25,631 nucleotides of DNA from the NCBI GenBank assembly GCA_002713205.1, contig PAVW01000019.1:1-25631 (forward strand), given 5' to 3'. A model generated the notes under the pieces. That model searched no databases and was not told the origin of the DNA. It was given only the letters and a program-made list of their open reading frames with translations. Shown one piece after another: positions 1 through 9,595 of this stretch. The position numbers and the translations under genes are program-made. Source of the DNA: Nitrososphaerota archaeon (GTDB lineage: Archaea > Thermoproteota > Nitrososphaeria > Nitrososphaerales > UBA57). The number at the start of each line of letters is the position of its first letter. The stretch's first letter is position 1.

Positions 1-124
1 CAAATGCTTGCGGTGAGGTTACCTCATGAACAAGATGACGATCAATGTAAATCAAAGAAGGTTCGTTTTCTCGTTCAACTACAACATGGGACTTCCATAT
101 TTTCTCAAATAATGTTTCGGTCAT
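1..124 (-). CDS. leuC: 3-isopropylmalate dehydratase large subunit, N-terminal fragment (gene runs off the left edge)
   Basis: Minus-strand translation from the ATG at 124-122 gives [41 protein letters not shown] and stays open to position 1. This matches the N terminus of bacterial-type LeuC ([16 protein letters not shown] block). It is absent from the ORF track because it is truncated. The listed + ORF 4..186 is its antisense shadow. Confidence 0.85.
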   Translation of the reverse strand, partial: MTETLFEKIWKSHVVVERENEPSLIYIDRHLVHEVTSPQAF

Positions 125-205
125 TATTTTCTAAACCTGCATGTGTTGCTATGATTTTCTCCGTTATTGCCATTTTTATTCACTAAAAAAATTGTTTTAT
201 ATTTT

Positions 206-1741
206 TTAAGGATTTGGTAATGCAGCTTTTGGCTTGGCTATCTTTTTCTTTGTAAGAATCTTATTGATTCCATCAATCATTGCCTCTGCACTTGCTACAA
301 CAATATCTCCATGAGATGAGCGCGCAGTAGCAACATTGCCTTCATCATCTTCTACTTTAATCACAACTTCTCCTAATGCATCTGTTCCTCCTGTTATTGC
401 ATCTATTTTAAAGTCCTTTAATCTAATATGAGCAATTTTATCACTAATTTTTTGAATTGCTTTAATGGCTGCATCTACAGGTCCTACTCCTGTTTCAGAA
501 GCTAAGAAAGTCTCTTCTTCCATTACAACCTTAACTGAAGCAGTTGGAGTTGATTTAATTCCTGTCATTACTGATATATCGACGAGTTCAATGATTCTTT
601 CTTCAGATACTTTTCCTAATATCGCTCTAGCAATTGAATCCAAATCTACATCAGTTAATTTTTTTCCTTTATCGCCTAAATCTTTCACACGCGATAATAT
701 TTCTTTCACTTGTTTTTCCGATGCATTATATCCTAATTCTTCTAATTGTGCCTTTATTCCGTGTGTTCCTGCATGTTTACCTGCTTGTATCCATCTCTTT
801 CTTCCAACTGTTTCTGGTTCCAATGGTTCATATGTAATTGGCATGTTGATAATTCCATGAACATGAATTCCTGACTCATGTCCAAATGCATTATCTCCTA
901 TAATTGCTTTATTTGGTTGTGGACCTATACCTGTTAATCTAGTAACTAATTTCGATGTTTCATAAATTAATTTTGTATTCACGTTAGTTTTTTTCTGATA
1001 TAGATTTTGACTTGCCATTACGACTTCTTCTAATGCTGCATTTCCAGCCCTTTCTCCTAGGCCATTAATTGCAACATGGATTCTTTCAGCTCCAGCAAGC
1101 ATACCTGCTAATGAATTTGCAGTTGCTAATCCAAAATCATTATGACAATGCATGCTTATTGGTCTTTTAATTACTTGTTTAACTTTAGATACTAACTCAT
1201 ACATTGTTGTTGGATTCATTATTCCTACTGTATCTGCTATATCTATCCTGTCTGCCCCAACATTACTTACTTCTTGAAAAACTTTAATCAAAAAATCTGG
1301 ATCTGATCTACAGGCATCTTCTGCTGAAAATTCTACTGGTACTCCTCTATCCTTGACTATTTTTACCATGTCTCTAGCGGCTTTTAAGACTTGGTCTCTG
1401 TCCATTTTCAATTTATATTTCATATGAATATCTGACGTAGCTATAAACACGTGTACTAAATCTACATTACAACTTAATGCTGTTTCAATATCTCTTGGTT
1501 CTGCTCTTGCCAATCCGCATATTTCGCTTTTCAATCCTAATTCTGCTATATTCTTAACAGCTTCTGATTCTCCTTTTGAAGTTATTGGGAACCCTGCTTC
1601 AATAGTATCTACTCCTAGTTTATCCAATTGAATTGCGATTTGTACTTTTTCTTCTGGTGTAAGACTAATTCCAGGAGTTTGTTCTCCATCTCGAAGAGTA
1701 GTGTCAAATATTTTAATAATATTAGAATCAGACAAAATCAT
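206..1741 (-). CDS. leuA: 2-isopropylmalate synthase (LeuA/CimA family)
   Basis: 511-aa ORF with HMGL-type motifs [29 protein letters not shown] and [14 protein letters not shown], plus a C-terminal LeuA-dimer-like region. Isopropylmalate and citramalate synthase cannot be separated by eye. Its position between ilvN and leuC favours leuA. Confidence 0.88.
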   Translation of the reverse strand: MILSDSNIIKIFDTTLRDGEQTPGISLTPEEKVQIAIQLDKLGVDTIEAGFPITSKGESEAVKNIAELGLKSEICGLARAEPRDIETALSCNVDLVHVFIATSDIHMKYKLKMDRDQVLKAARDMVKIVKDRGVPVEFSAEDACRSDPDFLIKVFQEVSNVGADRIDIADTVGIMNPTTMYELVSKVKQVIKRPISMHCHNDFGLATANSLAGMLAGAERIHVAINGLGERAGNAALEEVVMASQNLYQKKTNVNTKLIYETSKLVTRLTGIGPQPNKAIIGDNAFGHESGIHVHGIINMPITYEPLEPETVGRKRWIQAGKHAGTHGIKAQLEELGYNASEKQVKEILSRVKDLGDKGKKLTDVDLDSIARAILGKVSEERIIELVDISVMTGIKSTPTASVKVVMEEETFLASETGVGPVDAAIKAIQKISDKIAHIRLKDFKIDAITGGTDALGEVVIKVEDDEGNVATARSSHGDIVVASAEAMIDGINKILTKKKIAKPKAALPNP

Positions 1742-2220
1742 TATTCGCCTCTTTCAATTGCGGTCAATCCCGTTCTAGCTATTTCTACTTTTCCATATTT
1801 GTTAATATTGTTAATAAAATCAACTATCTTTTCCGACGTCCCTGTAATTTCAATAACCATTGATTTCATCGATTCATCAATAATTGTTCCTATATTTGCA
1901 ATATCTCTAATTTCTGGAATCAATTTTGGATTATCAACATATATTTTGATTAATGCTAATTCTTTTTTTATTATTCTATTTGTATCAAGGATTTTCGCTT
2001 CTACTACGTCAGTTTGCTTATTCATAACACTTACTAATTGATTAATTGCTGATTCTTCAGCATCTACTACAAATGTCATTCTTGACATTGAACTATCGTT
2101 TAGTTCTCCCACTGATATGCTTCTGATATTATATCCTCTTTGCCTGAATACATTTACGGCTCTATAAAGAACTCCTGGTTTATTTTCTACAACGGTTGAA
2201 ATTAAAAATTCATTTTTCAT
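1741..2220 (-). CDS. ilvN: acetolactate synthase (AHAS) small regulatory subunit
   Basis: 159-aa ORF with an N-terminal ACT domain (VENKPGVLYRAVNVFRQRGYNIRSISVG..MSRMTFVV). Its stop overlaps the leuA start as TAATG, sharing the A at 1741. Confidence 0.88.
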   Translation of the reverse strand: MKNEFLISTVVENKPGVLYRAVNVFRQRGYNIRSISVGELNDSSMSRMTFVVDAEESAINQLVSVMNKQTDVVEAKILDTNRIIKKELALIKIYVDNPKLIPEIRDIANIGTIIDESMKSMVIEITGTSEKIVDFINNINKYGKVEIARTGLTAIERGE

Positions 2221-2541
2221 TTTTTTATATTCACCAATAATTAATATACAAATATTTTAGATTAAGCACGCAATAAAACATAATATTCACCAAAAAGCGT
2301 TATTCGGTGTATCGGTTTATAGATTAAGTAAGAGACTAGGTAAAGTCTCCAATTTTAATACTGATAGCAATTTATTATTAACGCTCACACTTCTACCAGC
2401 ATTGATGCAATTAATAAATCTTACTACGTGATATGATTATTTTTACCTATTACCGTTTAATATCACTATTTTCATTATTGTAACAATCATCTTTCATTAA
2501 TTTAAAGTCAAATTTATTATTATGATTTGTATTCTATTATT

Positions 2542-3477
2542 ATGATGAATAGTTCTGATATGGTTAAAATATATCTTAGTCTAAATAATTATGCTTTTTA
2601 TTGGTCTTTTCCAGAACTAGTTGCAATTGAAAATGGTTATTATGCTGATCAAGGACTTGAACTCAATCTCAATGATATAACTCCTGTAGAAAAAATTTCA
2701 AATAAAAGTCAGTTATATGGAAATCTTCAACAAAATAAATTATCTGATTTCTATCACGCTGCAGAACTTGTTTCAATATCACGTGTTATTGAATCTCATG
2801 GAAATTCTAAAATTATTGCACTGTCTCCATGGACCGAATCTGGTGTTAATGGAAGTTTTGCTTTATTTACAAAAATGAGTTCTATTGTTAATAATTTCCA
2901 TGACTTATTTGATAAAAAAATAGCAATTGAATCTGGTACAGGTTCATACTATCGCACAATTGCTGAACTTGAAGCATTATTTCCAATTAAAGAAGATAAT
3001 CTAGTAAAAATGGGTGATCCTCATGAACGTTTATTATCAGTTCTGAATGATGATGTTTTTGCATCTAGTATTATGGGAATTTATGTTGATATTGCTAATA
3101 TACTCGGTCTAAAAAAAATCATGACTTACTCTGGAAAGACCGGAACATTAATGGTAGGAAAATCTGATATTGATGTTGAACTTATTAATTCATTTATTAA
3201 AGGTACGAATCGTGCTATAACTGAAATTAACCATAGATCAGAAACATTGAAGGAATTATGGTTTTCAAAAATTGAGTTTATTATTAAAAATGCATTTCCT
3301 GTTCATTTACAAGGGATTATTCTTGAACACAAAGATGATATTACTATTCCAAAATGGGAACCATGGCAAAAATATCCCAAAATTCAATTTGAAGAAAATT
3401 ATAGTTGGTTAATTGATAGAAATCTTGTACAATCTGGTTACAGTTATGATCAATTGGTCCGTTCATCTATTTTTTGA
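2542..3477 (+). CDS. NMT1/THI5-SsuA-like substrate-binding-fold protein, no signal peptide
   Basis: The ORF opens at TTG 2527. In-frame ATGs lie at 2542, 2545 and 2560, so the start is uncertain. The pattern VKIYLSLNNYAFYWSFPELVAIENGYYADQGLEL..IAIESGTGSYY resembles cytoplasmic members of the periplasmic-binding-protein type 2 (NMT1/SsuA) fold. No hydrophobic leader is present. Confidence 0.5.
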   Translation: MMNSSDMVKIYLSLNNYAFYWSFPELVAIENGYYADQGLELNLNDITPVEKISNKSQLYGNLQQNKLSDFYHAAELVSISRVIESHGNSKIIALSPWTESGVNGSFALFTKMSSIVNNFHDLFDKKIAIESGTGSYYRTIAELEALFPIKEDNLVKMGDPHERLLSVLNDDVFASSIMGIYVDIANILGLKKIMTYSGKTGTLMVGKSDIDVELINSFIKGTNRAITEINHRSETLKELWFSKIEFIIKNAFPVHLQGIILEHKDDITIPKWEPWQKYPKIQFEENYSWLIDRNLVQSGYSYDQLVRSSIF

Positions 3478-3484
3478 TAATTAT

Positions 3485-4141
3485 TCATTTATTTCTTAAT
3501 GCTTCTTTCCAGTAAGGACATCTGTTGTTTAACATACAATTATTACAATCGGGTTTTTTTGCCTGACAAATAGTTCTTCCATGAAGAATGAATAAAATCG
3601 AAATTCTGCCCCAGAATTCTTCTGGAATGACTTTTAGTAAATCATTTTCAATTTTCTTTGGATTGATATTTCTTGTCAAATTTAGTCTTTTACTTAATCT
3701 TGCCACATGAGTATCTACTGCAATTCCTTCATTTTTATTAAATGCAACAGATAATACGATATTTGCTGTTTTTCTTCCAACTCCATCAAGTTCTAATAAA
3801 TCTTGCATATTATCTGGAATTTTCTCATTATGCTTTTCAATTATTCTATTAGAGGTGTTAATTATTCTACGTGCTTTTAATTTATAATAACCTGTGGATT
3901 TGATAAGTTTTTTTACATCTTCGATATCTGCTTCTGCTAAATCTCTAACATATGGATATTTTTTAAATAGATTTACCGTTGTTTTATTTACAATTTTATC
4001 AGTGCATTGTGCAGACAGTATAGTTGCAATAAGAAGTTGAAATGGTGAATTATAAATTAATTCAGTGTTTATATTGCGATAAGATTTATCTAATTTTTTT
4101 ATTATATGATTTATATATTCATTCATGGTAGATTCTTGCAC
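3485..4141 (-). CDS. nth: endonuclease III (DNA glycosylase/AP lyase)
   Basis: 218-aa ORF with the HhH-GPD motif LLELDGVGRKTANIVL and a C-terminal 4Fe-4S cluster loop CQAKKPDCNNCMLNNRC (C-x6-C-x2-C-x5-C). Confidence 0.92.
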   Translation of the reverse strand: MQESTMNEYINHIIKKLDKSYRNINTELIYNSPFQLLIATILSAQCTDKIVNKTTVNLFKKYPYVRDLAEADIEDVKKLIKSTGYYKLKARRIINTSNRIIEKHNEKIPDNMQDLLELDGVGRKTANIVLSVAFNKNEGIAVDTHVARLSKRLNLTRNINPKKIENDLLKVIPEEFWGRISILFILHGRTICQAKKPDCNNCMLNNRCPYWKEALRNK

Positions 4142-4242
4142 AATCTTTTTTAGACGTATAACTACGTAAAATCTATATTTAAGTTAATTTATTTTTAATT
4201 CAAATAATAATATACAAATATTTGTTTTTTTTCTTACTGTAT

Positions 4243-4542
4243 ATGGTTGTCCGTAAAAAATCACGTAAATTAACTAAACGTAAAACCTCTAAAAAATTAC
4301 CTAGACGTAAATCTTCTAAAACAAAAACGAAAACACCAACAAAACCAAAATTCACTATGCTTATTAAACAAAGTCAACGCAATAGTGCAGATTTGAAGAT
4401 CTTTGTATTGCGCAATGATAAAGTTGCCGGTGAATTAAAAAACATTCGTTCAAGTCAGGTTGTTGGCAAAGCTGTTAAAATACTTAATTATGCCAAACGT
4501 AGAAAAGTTAATTTAGTTAAGGCTTGGGACGCTGTAGCGTAA
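4243..4542 (+). CDS. small highly basic protein (K/R/T/S-rich N-terminal tail plus about 55-aa globular C-terminus), function unknown
   Basis: ATG at 4243 gives MVVRKKSRKLTKRKTSKKLPRRKSSKTKTKTPTKPKF.... The track ORF opens at TTG 4222. CGTAAA (Arg-Lys) recurs at 4252, 4264, 4279 and 4306. The spacings of 12, 15 and 27 nt are all multiples of 3, which supports translation of the tail. Confidence 0.5.
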   Translation: MVVRKKSRKLTKRKTSKKLPRRKSSKTKTKTPTKPKFTMLIKQSQRNSADLKIFVLRNDKVAGELKNIRSSQVVGKAVKILNYAKRRKVNLVKAWDAVA

Positions 4543-4604
4543 TAAACATTCAATTCGCATTAAGATGTATTTATTCAGGCTTTGCTATTGATTTTTATTA
4601 ATTA

Positions 4605-6281
4605 TTACGCAATACACACTGCGCCTTCAGATGCTGATGATACTAATTTAGCATATTTTGCTAATACTCCCCATTTATATTTGGATTCTGGCAATATCCA
4701 ATTCTTAGTTCTTTTTTCAATTTCTTCATCAGTGAGGTCTACATTAATTATTTGATTAATTGCATCTATTGTGATTTTATCTCCATTTTTTATTATCGCA
4801 ATTGGTCCTCCAACTGCAGCTTCAGGTGAGATGTGGCCCACCATTAATCCATGTGTAGCACCTGAAAAACGACCATCTGTTATCAATCCTACTTTTTCTC
4901 CTAGTCCTTGTCCATATAATGCTGCTGTTACACCTAACATTTCTCTCATACCAGGTCCTCCTTTTGGTCCTTCGTATCGTATTACTACTATATCTCCTTC
5001 AATAATCTTATTTTTAGAAACATCCATGAATGCATCTTCTTCTCCATTGTATATTTTTGCATTTCCAGTAATTTGTAATTTTTTCACACCTGCAGTTTTT
5101 ATCACTGCTCCTTCTGGAGCTAAGTTTCCACGTAGTATGGTTAACGTTCCTGATTTACTAATTGGCGAAGTAATTTCCTTTACTATGATGTTCGGTTTTA
5201 CAATATTGAATTCTCTTAAATTTTCTTCCATTGTTTTTCCAGTTACCGTTAAGATTTCTCCATTCATTAAATTTGCATTTAATAATTTTTTTATTACAAG
5301 TGGTACTCCTCCGACTTTGTCAAGATCTAACATTACATATTTTCCTCCTGGTCTCATGTCTGCTATATGCGGTACTTTTTTTCTTATTCGTTCAAAATCA
5401 TTCATTGATAACTTTATTCTTGCTTCTTTTGCCATTGCTAAAAGATGTAATACCCCGTTAGTTGATCCTCCCATAGCTTGTAACATTACAATAGCATTTT
5501 CAAATGCTTCAAAAGTGAGAATGTCCCTTGGCCGAATATTTAATTCTAATAATTTCATTAATGCGGAACCAGTATTTTTACATATATCATTTCTATTGTT
5601 ATCTATTGCTGGTGGTGATGCACTTCCAGGTAGTGCAATTCCAATTGCTTCACTGATAGACGACATCGTATTTGCTGTATATAATCCGCCACATGAACCA
5701 GCTCCTGGACATGCATTATCTTCTATTTCTTTGAGTTGTTCAATTGTGAGTTTTCCTGCTGAATAACTTCCAACTGCTTCAAATACATCTTGAATTGTGA
5801 TATCTTTTCCTGCCACATTTCCAGGCATAATAGTACCTCCGTAAACAAATATTCCTGGTAAATTCAACCGAGCTAATGCCATTATTGAACCTGGCAAGCT
5901 TTTATCACATCCTGCTATTGTTACTACTCCGTCGTATCTATGCGCATGGACCATTAATTCAATTGAATCCGCTATGATTTCTCTACTAACTAATGAAGCA
6001 CGCATTCCTTCATGACCCATTGCTATTCCATCACTTACTGAAACTGAAATAAATTCTCTTGGTGTCCCTCCTGCCGCTGAAACTCCTTCAGATGCTTTAT
6101 GTGCTAATTTATCTAAATGCATGTTACATGGTGTTGCCTCATTCCAAGTACTTGATACTCCGATTAGTGGCTTTCCAAGATCTGTATCATTTAATCCCAT
6201 TGCTTTCATCATAGCTCTTGCAGGCGCTCTTTCAGGACCTTCAGTTACTTCTTGACTTTGTATTTTTAATTTATTAATCAT
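4605..6281 (-). CDS. ilvD: dihydroxy-acid dehydratase
   Basis: 558-aa ORF with full-length IlvD/Edd family pattern: [57 protein letters not shown]. Confidence 0.95.
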   Translation of the reverse strand: MINKLKIQSQEVTEGPERAPARAMMKAMGLNDTDLGKPLIGVSSTWNEATPCNMHLDKLAHKASEGVSAAGGTPREFISVSVSDGIAMGHEGMRASLVSREIIADSIELMVHAHRYDGVVTIAGCDKSLPGSIMALARLNLPGIFVYGGTIMPGNVAGKDITIQDVFEAVGSYSAGKLTIEQLKEIEDNACPGAGSCGGLYTANTMSSISEAIGIALPGSASPPAIDNNRNDICKNTGSALMKLLELNIRPRDILTFEAFENAIVMLQAMGGSTNGVLHLLAMAKEARIKLSMNDFERIRKKVPHIADMRPGGKYVMLDLDKVGGVPLVIKKLLNANLMNGEILTVTGKTMEENLREFNIVKPNIIVKEITSPISKSGTLTILRGNLAPEGAVIKTAGVKKLQITGNAKIYNGEEDAFMDVSKNKIIEGDIVVIRYEGPKGGPGMREMLGVTAALYGQGLGEKVGLITDGRFSGATHGLMVGHISPEAAVGGPIAIIKNGDKITIDAINQIINVDLTDEEIEKRTKNWILPESKYKWGVLAKYAKLVSSASEGAVCIA

Positions 6282-6363
6282 TATTAACGTAATAACAAAT
6301 AATCTAATATTTTTGCTTTTATAATAACCTAAATATTACACTATATTTGTAAATTATAATACG

Positions 6364-7620
6364 ATGACAAAACATAACTCCAAACGTTTAACTCGCGAAA
6401 TTGAAGTTGATGGTCATCTTATCGATTCTATGATTCTTACAAAAATTTTTGATCGCGTAATGGATCTAAAAGGCGATTTTATGGTTAAAGATTTTCGCAT
6501 AGGACGTGGAAAAAAAGATCACAGTTATGCGAAATTAGTAATTACTGGTCGAAATAAATCACATTTAGATGAAATGCTTCAAGAAATATACCGTGCAGGT
6601 GGTGTTGCTGTTGAATTGGAAGATGTTGATTATGTTAAAGTGAAAAAAGATTTTGTTCTGCCTGATGATTTCTATTCTACTACAAATAATCCTACATTCA
6701 TTTATTTAAATAAAAAATGGATTAAAGTTAAGAATCAGATGATGGATAAAGCTATAGTTATAAATATAAAAAAACAAACTGCGACTTGTAGAATGCTACG
6801 TAGTGTTCAAAAGAATGATTATGTCGTTGTTGGCGAAGAAGGAATTAAAATTATTCCTCCCGAGCGACCCAGAGAAGGTCTTGACGCATTTCAATTTATG
6901 AGTAGTCATACGTCGACTGAAAAACCTATTCAATCACTTTCATTGAAAATTGCCAAAGATCTTGTATCCATAAGAAGTAAAAAGGGTAAAATCATTGTAG
7001 TTGGTGGTCCTGCTATTGTACATACTGGTGCCGTTGGCTCACTTTCTGAATTAATTAAGTTAGGATATGTTCAAGGACTATTGGCTGGTAATGCGTTATT
7101 AATTCACGATGTTGAAAATTCATTACTTCATACATCACTTGGAGTGGATATTGAAAAAGGTTCATCTACTCTCATGGGTCATAGGAATCACATTATTGCA
7201 GTTAATGAATTATTTAAGGCAGGATCAGTAAAAAAGATAGTTAATTCTGGAAAAATTAAATCAGGCATTTTTTATGAATGTATAAAAAATAACATTCCTT
7301 TTGTTTTAGCCGGTTCTATTCGTGATGATGGTCCTGCTCCTGATGTTATTACTGATGTAGTTGAATCACAAAAGAAATATCAAACAATTCTCGCAAATGC
7401 CGATCTTGTTATAATGCTTTCAACTATGTTGCATTCTATAGCAGTAGGTAATATGCTTCCATCTACTGTTAAAGTGGTTGCAATTGACATTAATCCCTCG
7501 TCAGTTACAAAACTATTAGATAGAGGAACTGGTCAAGCAATTGGTGTAGTTTCTGATGTTGGTACATTTCTTCCAATTTTATTACAGAATGTTAAACGTA
7601 TTCAAAAATCTCTAAAATAG
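6364..7620 (+). CDS. LOR/SDH-domain protein (TIGR00300-like), candidate ornithine-cyclodeaminase-type enzyme
   Basis: 418-aa ORF. The N-terminal about 90-aa small domain is followed by a Rossmann-like region (IIVVGGPAIVHTGA...LLAGNALLIHD...VLAGSIRDDGP), as remembered for archaeal proteins annotated 'LOR/SDH bifunctional enzyme conserved domain'. Confidence 0.65.
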   Translation: MTKHNSKRLTREIEVDGHLIDSMILTKIFDRVMDLKGDFMVKDFRIGRGKKDHSYAKLVITGRNKSHLDEMLQEIYRAGGVAVELEDVDYVKVKKDFVLPDDFYSTTNNPTFIYLNKKWIKVKNQMMDKAIVINIKKQTATCRMLRSVQKNDYVVVGEEGIKIIPPERPREGLDAFQFMSSHTSTEKPIQSLSLKIAKDLVSIRSKKGKIIVVGGPAIVHTGAVGSLSELIKLGYVQGLLAGNALLIHDVENSLLHTSLGVDIEKGSSTLMGHRNHIIAVNELFKAGSVKKIVNSGKIKSGIFYECIKNNIPFVLAGSIRDDGPAPDVITDVVESQKKYQTILANADLVIMLSTMLHSIAVGNMLPSTVKVVAIDINPSSVTKLLDRGTGQAIGVVSDVGTFLPILLQNVKRIQKSLK

Positions 7621-7644
7621 CTTTCATAAGAGAAATATTGTAAC

Positions 7645-8883
7645 ATGATTGTTGATACTTATAATAATCCATATTCAAAACAAGTACTTGCATTATCTCT
7701 TGCTATCGCAAATATGACATTTGGATTTGGAATATTTTTTCCATATCTTCCATTATTTGCCGAATCACTTGGGGCCAGTTTGGGATTGCAAATTGGTTTA
7801 CTCACAACTGGATTTATGCTAGCTAGAACTATAACAGCTTTACCATTTGGTTCTGTTTCTGACAGTATTGGAAGAAAGAATGCTATTGTTGTTGGTTTAT
7901 TATTATATGGCGTTATTACTTTATTATTTTATTTTTCTCAAGATTGGATTCATATTCTGATATTGCGTTCTTTACAAGGAATTACTGCTGGATTGATCTG
8001 GCCATCTTCTCGTGCTATGATCTATGATTTAGTTGGACCTGGTGCACGAGGAAGAGCAATTTCTGTTTTGAACGTATCTGCTAGTCTTGGTATGGCATTG
8101 GGTCCTATCTTTGGAATGTTTTTGCTTTTTTATTTTCAATCTGCTTTTCTATTATCTGACGTTGATAGCTTTCGAATTCCATTTTTGTTTGCTGGGAGTT
8201 TTGGTTTGCTTTCATCGATATTTGCTTTTTTTACATTATCTTCTACTTCTGTTTCTTATCCGAGAATTCGTTTTTTTAAGATGATTGATAATTTAGATTC
8301 TCAATACGTTTCTACATTTTATAGTTCACTTTTAATGAATTTTTCACATGGATTTGCTTTTGGAATGTTTAGACCCGTTCTTGTAATATACATATATCAA
8401 GTTCTTGGATATTCACTCATAGAAACTGCAGCCATATCTGCCATATCCTTTTCTTTAGGGGCTATTTTTAATTCATTCAGCCAAATTGTTGGTGGTCGAC
8501 TTGCTGATAGTCAAAATAGAAAATTTATTATTTTTTTCGCAGTAATATTTGGTCAACTTGCAACTTTCTCATTAATCTTCGTTAATGATATTATACAATT
8601 ATACATTGTTGTTATTTTTAGGTTTTCTATGATTGGACTATTTATTCCATCATTAGCTTCCTTGGAAGGTGATATAATTCCAGCTAATCAACGAGGACAA
8701 TTATCCGGTCTAGTTGAGGGTTTTAGAGGAATTGGTTCTGCTATTGGTCCCTTGATATGCCTTGGATTTTACGATTATGTTTGGGTCGGCTCTCCTTTTG
8801 TCATATCTCCTTTACTCTTTATTCTTTGTTTGTTTATTTATTTTATTAATTTCAAAGATCCTTTAAAGATGAAAAAAGTTTAA
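7645..8883 (+). CDS. MFS transporter
   Basis: 412-aa polytopic ORF (about 12 hydrophobic segments) with MFS motif A (GSVSDSIGRKNAIVVG). Confidence 0.8.
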   Translation: MIVDTYNNPYSKQVLALSLAIANMTFGFGIFFPYLPLFAESLGASLGLQIGLLTTGFMLARTITALPFGSVSDSIGRKNAIVVGLLLYGVITLLFYFSQDWIHILILRSLQGITAGLIWPSSRAMIYDLVGPGARGRAISVLNVSASLGMALGPIFGMFLLFYFQSAFLLSDVDSFRIPFLFAGSFGLLSSIFAFFTLSSTSVSYPRIRFFKMIDNLDSQYVSTFYSSLLMNFSHGFAFGMFRPVLVIYIYQVLGYSLIETAAISAISFSLGAIFNSFSQIVGGRLADSQNRKFIIFFAVIFGQLATFSLIFVNDIIQLYIVVIFRFSMIGLFIPSLASLEGDIIPANQRGQLSGLVEGFRGIGSAIGPLICLGFYDYVWVGSPFVISPLLFILCLFIYFINFKDPLKMKKV

Positions 8884-8907
8884 TGTTACCTCGATTAATG
8901 TATTATA

Positions 8908-9420
8908 TTGCCAAAATCATTTGAGGATTCTTTTATAAAAGTTGCAGGGTTGATTGGTGGTCCAGAATATATGATAGTTGCTAAAGCTCTTTCAACTGCT
9001 GAAAATTCTACTGACGAAGAAATTGCTGAACTCACTGAACTAAAAATTAATATTGTAAGGAAATCTCTTTATGATCTTTTCGGCAGATCATTAATCACAG
9101 GTACTCGTGTGAGGGATCTTAAACGTGGATGGTTTGTTTACCGATGGAAAGCACAACATGATCAAGTTGAACCTTTCGTTGAAAGACAAAAAAAGAAAGC
9201 CGCAACGCGTCTAAAACAAAGATTGAATTATGAATTTGTTAATGAATTTTACCACTGTGGAAATCCAACTTGTATAAAGTATACATTTGATTCTGCTGTT
9301 CAAGTTGCGTTTAAATGCCAAGTTTGTAATTTAACTCTCAATTTGTATGATAATAGTGACTTAAAAAAAGCCTTAGATTTTAAAATTAAGGAAATTACCA
9401 CTGAAGACGATACCGATTAA
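8908..9420 (+). CDS. tfe: transcription factor E (TFE alpha / TFIIE-alpha homolog)
   Basis: 170-aa ORF with an N-terminal winged helix (TDEEIAELTELKINIVRKSLYDLFGRSLI...RGWFVYRW) and a Cys-rich ribbon (HCGNPTC...FKCQVCN). The start is TTG at 8908. The first in-frame ATG (8971) would delete conserved N-terminal sequence. Confidence 0.85.
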   Translation: MPKSFEDSFIKVAGLIGGPEYMIVAKALSTAENSTDEEIAELTELKINIVRKSLYDLFGRSLITGTRVRDLKRGWFVYRWKAQHDQVEPFVERQKKKAATRLKQRLNYEFVNEFYHCGNPTCIKYTFDSAVQVAFKCQVCNLTLNLYDNSDLKKALDFKIKEITTEDDTD

Positions 9421-9535
9421 TCGTTTTTTCTATTTCACGGCCAATTTCTATAACCTTATAGGTATGATTAACGACTTTTTTTTTAGAATTATTTTAGCGA
9501 GGTGGGGAAGTCAGGTTTATCCCGGCGGGCTCATA

Positions 9536-9548
9536 AATTAATTGAGAT
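9536..9548 (+). other. tRNA intron 1 (canonical 37/38), 13 nt
   Basis: Relaxed bulge-helix-bulge motif. The central helix is CUCA(9530-9533)/UGAG(9543-9546), flanked by 3-nt bulges UAA (9534-9536) and AUA (9547-9549). The inferred cuts fall after the 2nd nt of each bulge. Confidence 0.8.
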
Positions 9549-9563
9549 ACCCGCAGATCGGTG

Positions 9564-9595
9564 TCTGCATTTGAGGATTTCAAATGTAGCCGAAA
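9564..9595 (+). other. tRNA intron 2 (non-canonical, inside the T-stem, 52/53), 32 nt
   Basis: The central helix is UCGG(9558-9561)/CCGA(9590-9593), with bulges UGU (9562-9564) and AAG (9594-9596). The inner 10-bp hairpin is CUGCAUUUGA-GGAUU-UCAAAUGUAG (9565-9589). Removing it restores the T-stem GGUGG/CCACU. Confidence 0.8.

Noticed and set aside
4-186. 60-aa + strand ORF at the left edge
   Set aside because: It is antisense to the clearly recognisable leuC N terminus (1-124, minus) and the leuA-leuC spacer. It has no recognisable motifs.
465-2041. + strand ORFs 465..860, 634..837 and 1628..2041
   Set aside because: They are antisense shadows of leuA and ilvN. The peptides are hydrophobic and low-complexity with no family resemblance.
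2332-2349. Hairpin GAGACT-AGGTAA-AGTCTC in the 306-nt ilvN/NMT1-like divergent spacer, and possible C/D-box sRNA elements nearby
   Set aside because: The 6-bp stem is real, but it is isolated. I could not find a convincing C (RUGAUGA) plus D (CUGA) box pair with proper spacing on either strand. It is most likely promoter-region or incidental structure.
4771-5766. 331-aa + strand ORF (also 5231..5461)
   Set aside because: It lies entirely antisense to ilvD, whose identity is unambiguous. The translation is low-complexity (P/S/F/I-rich), typical of a shadow ORF opposite a conserved gene.
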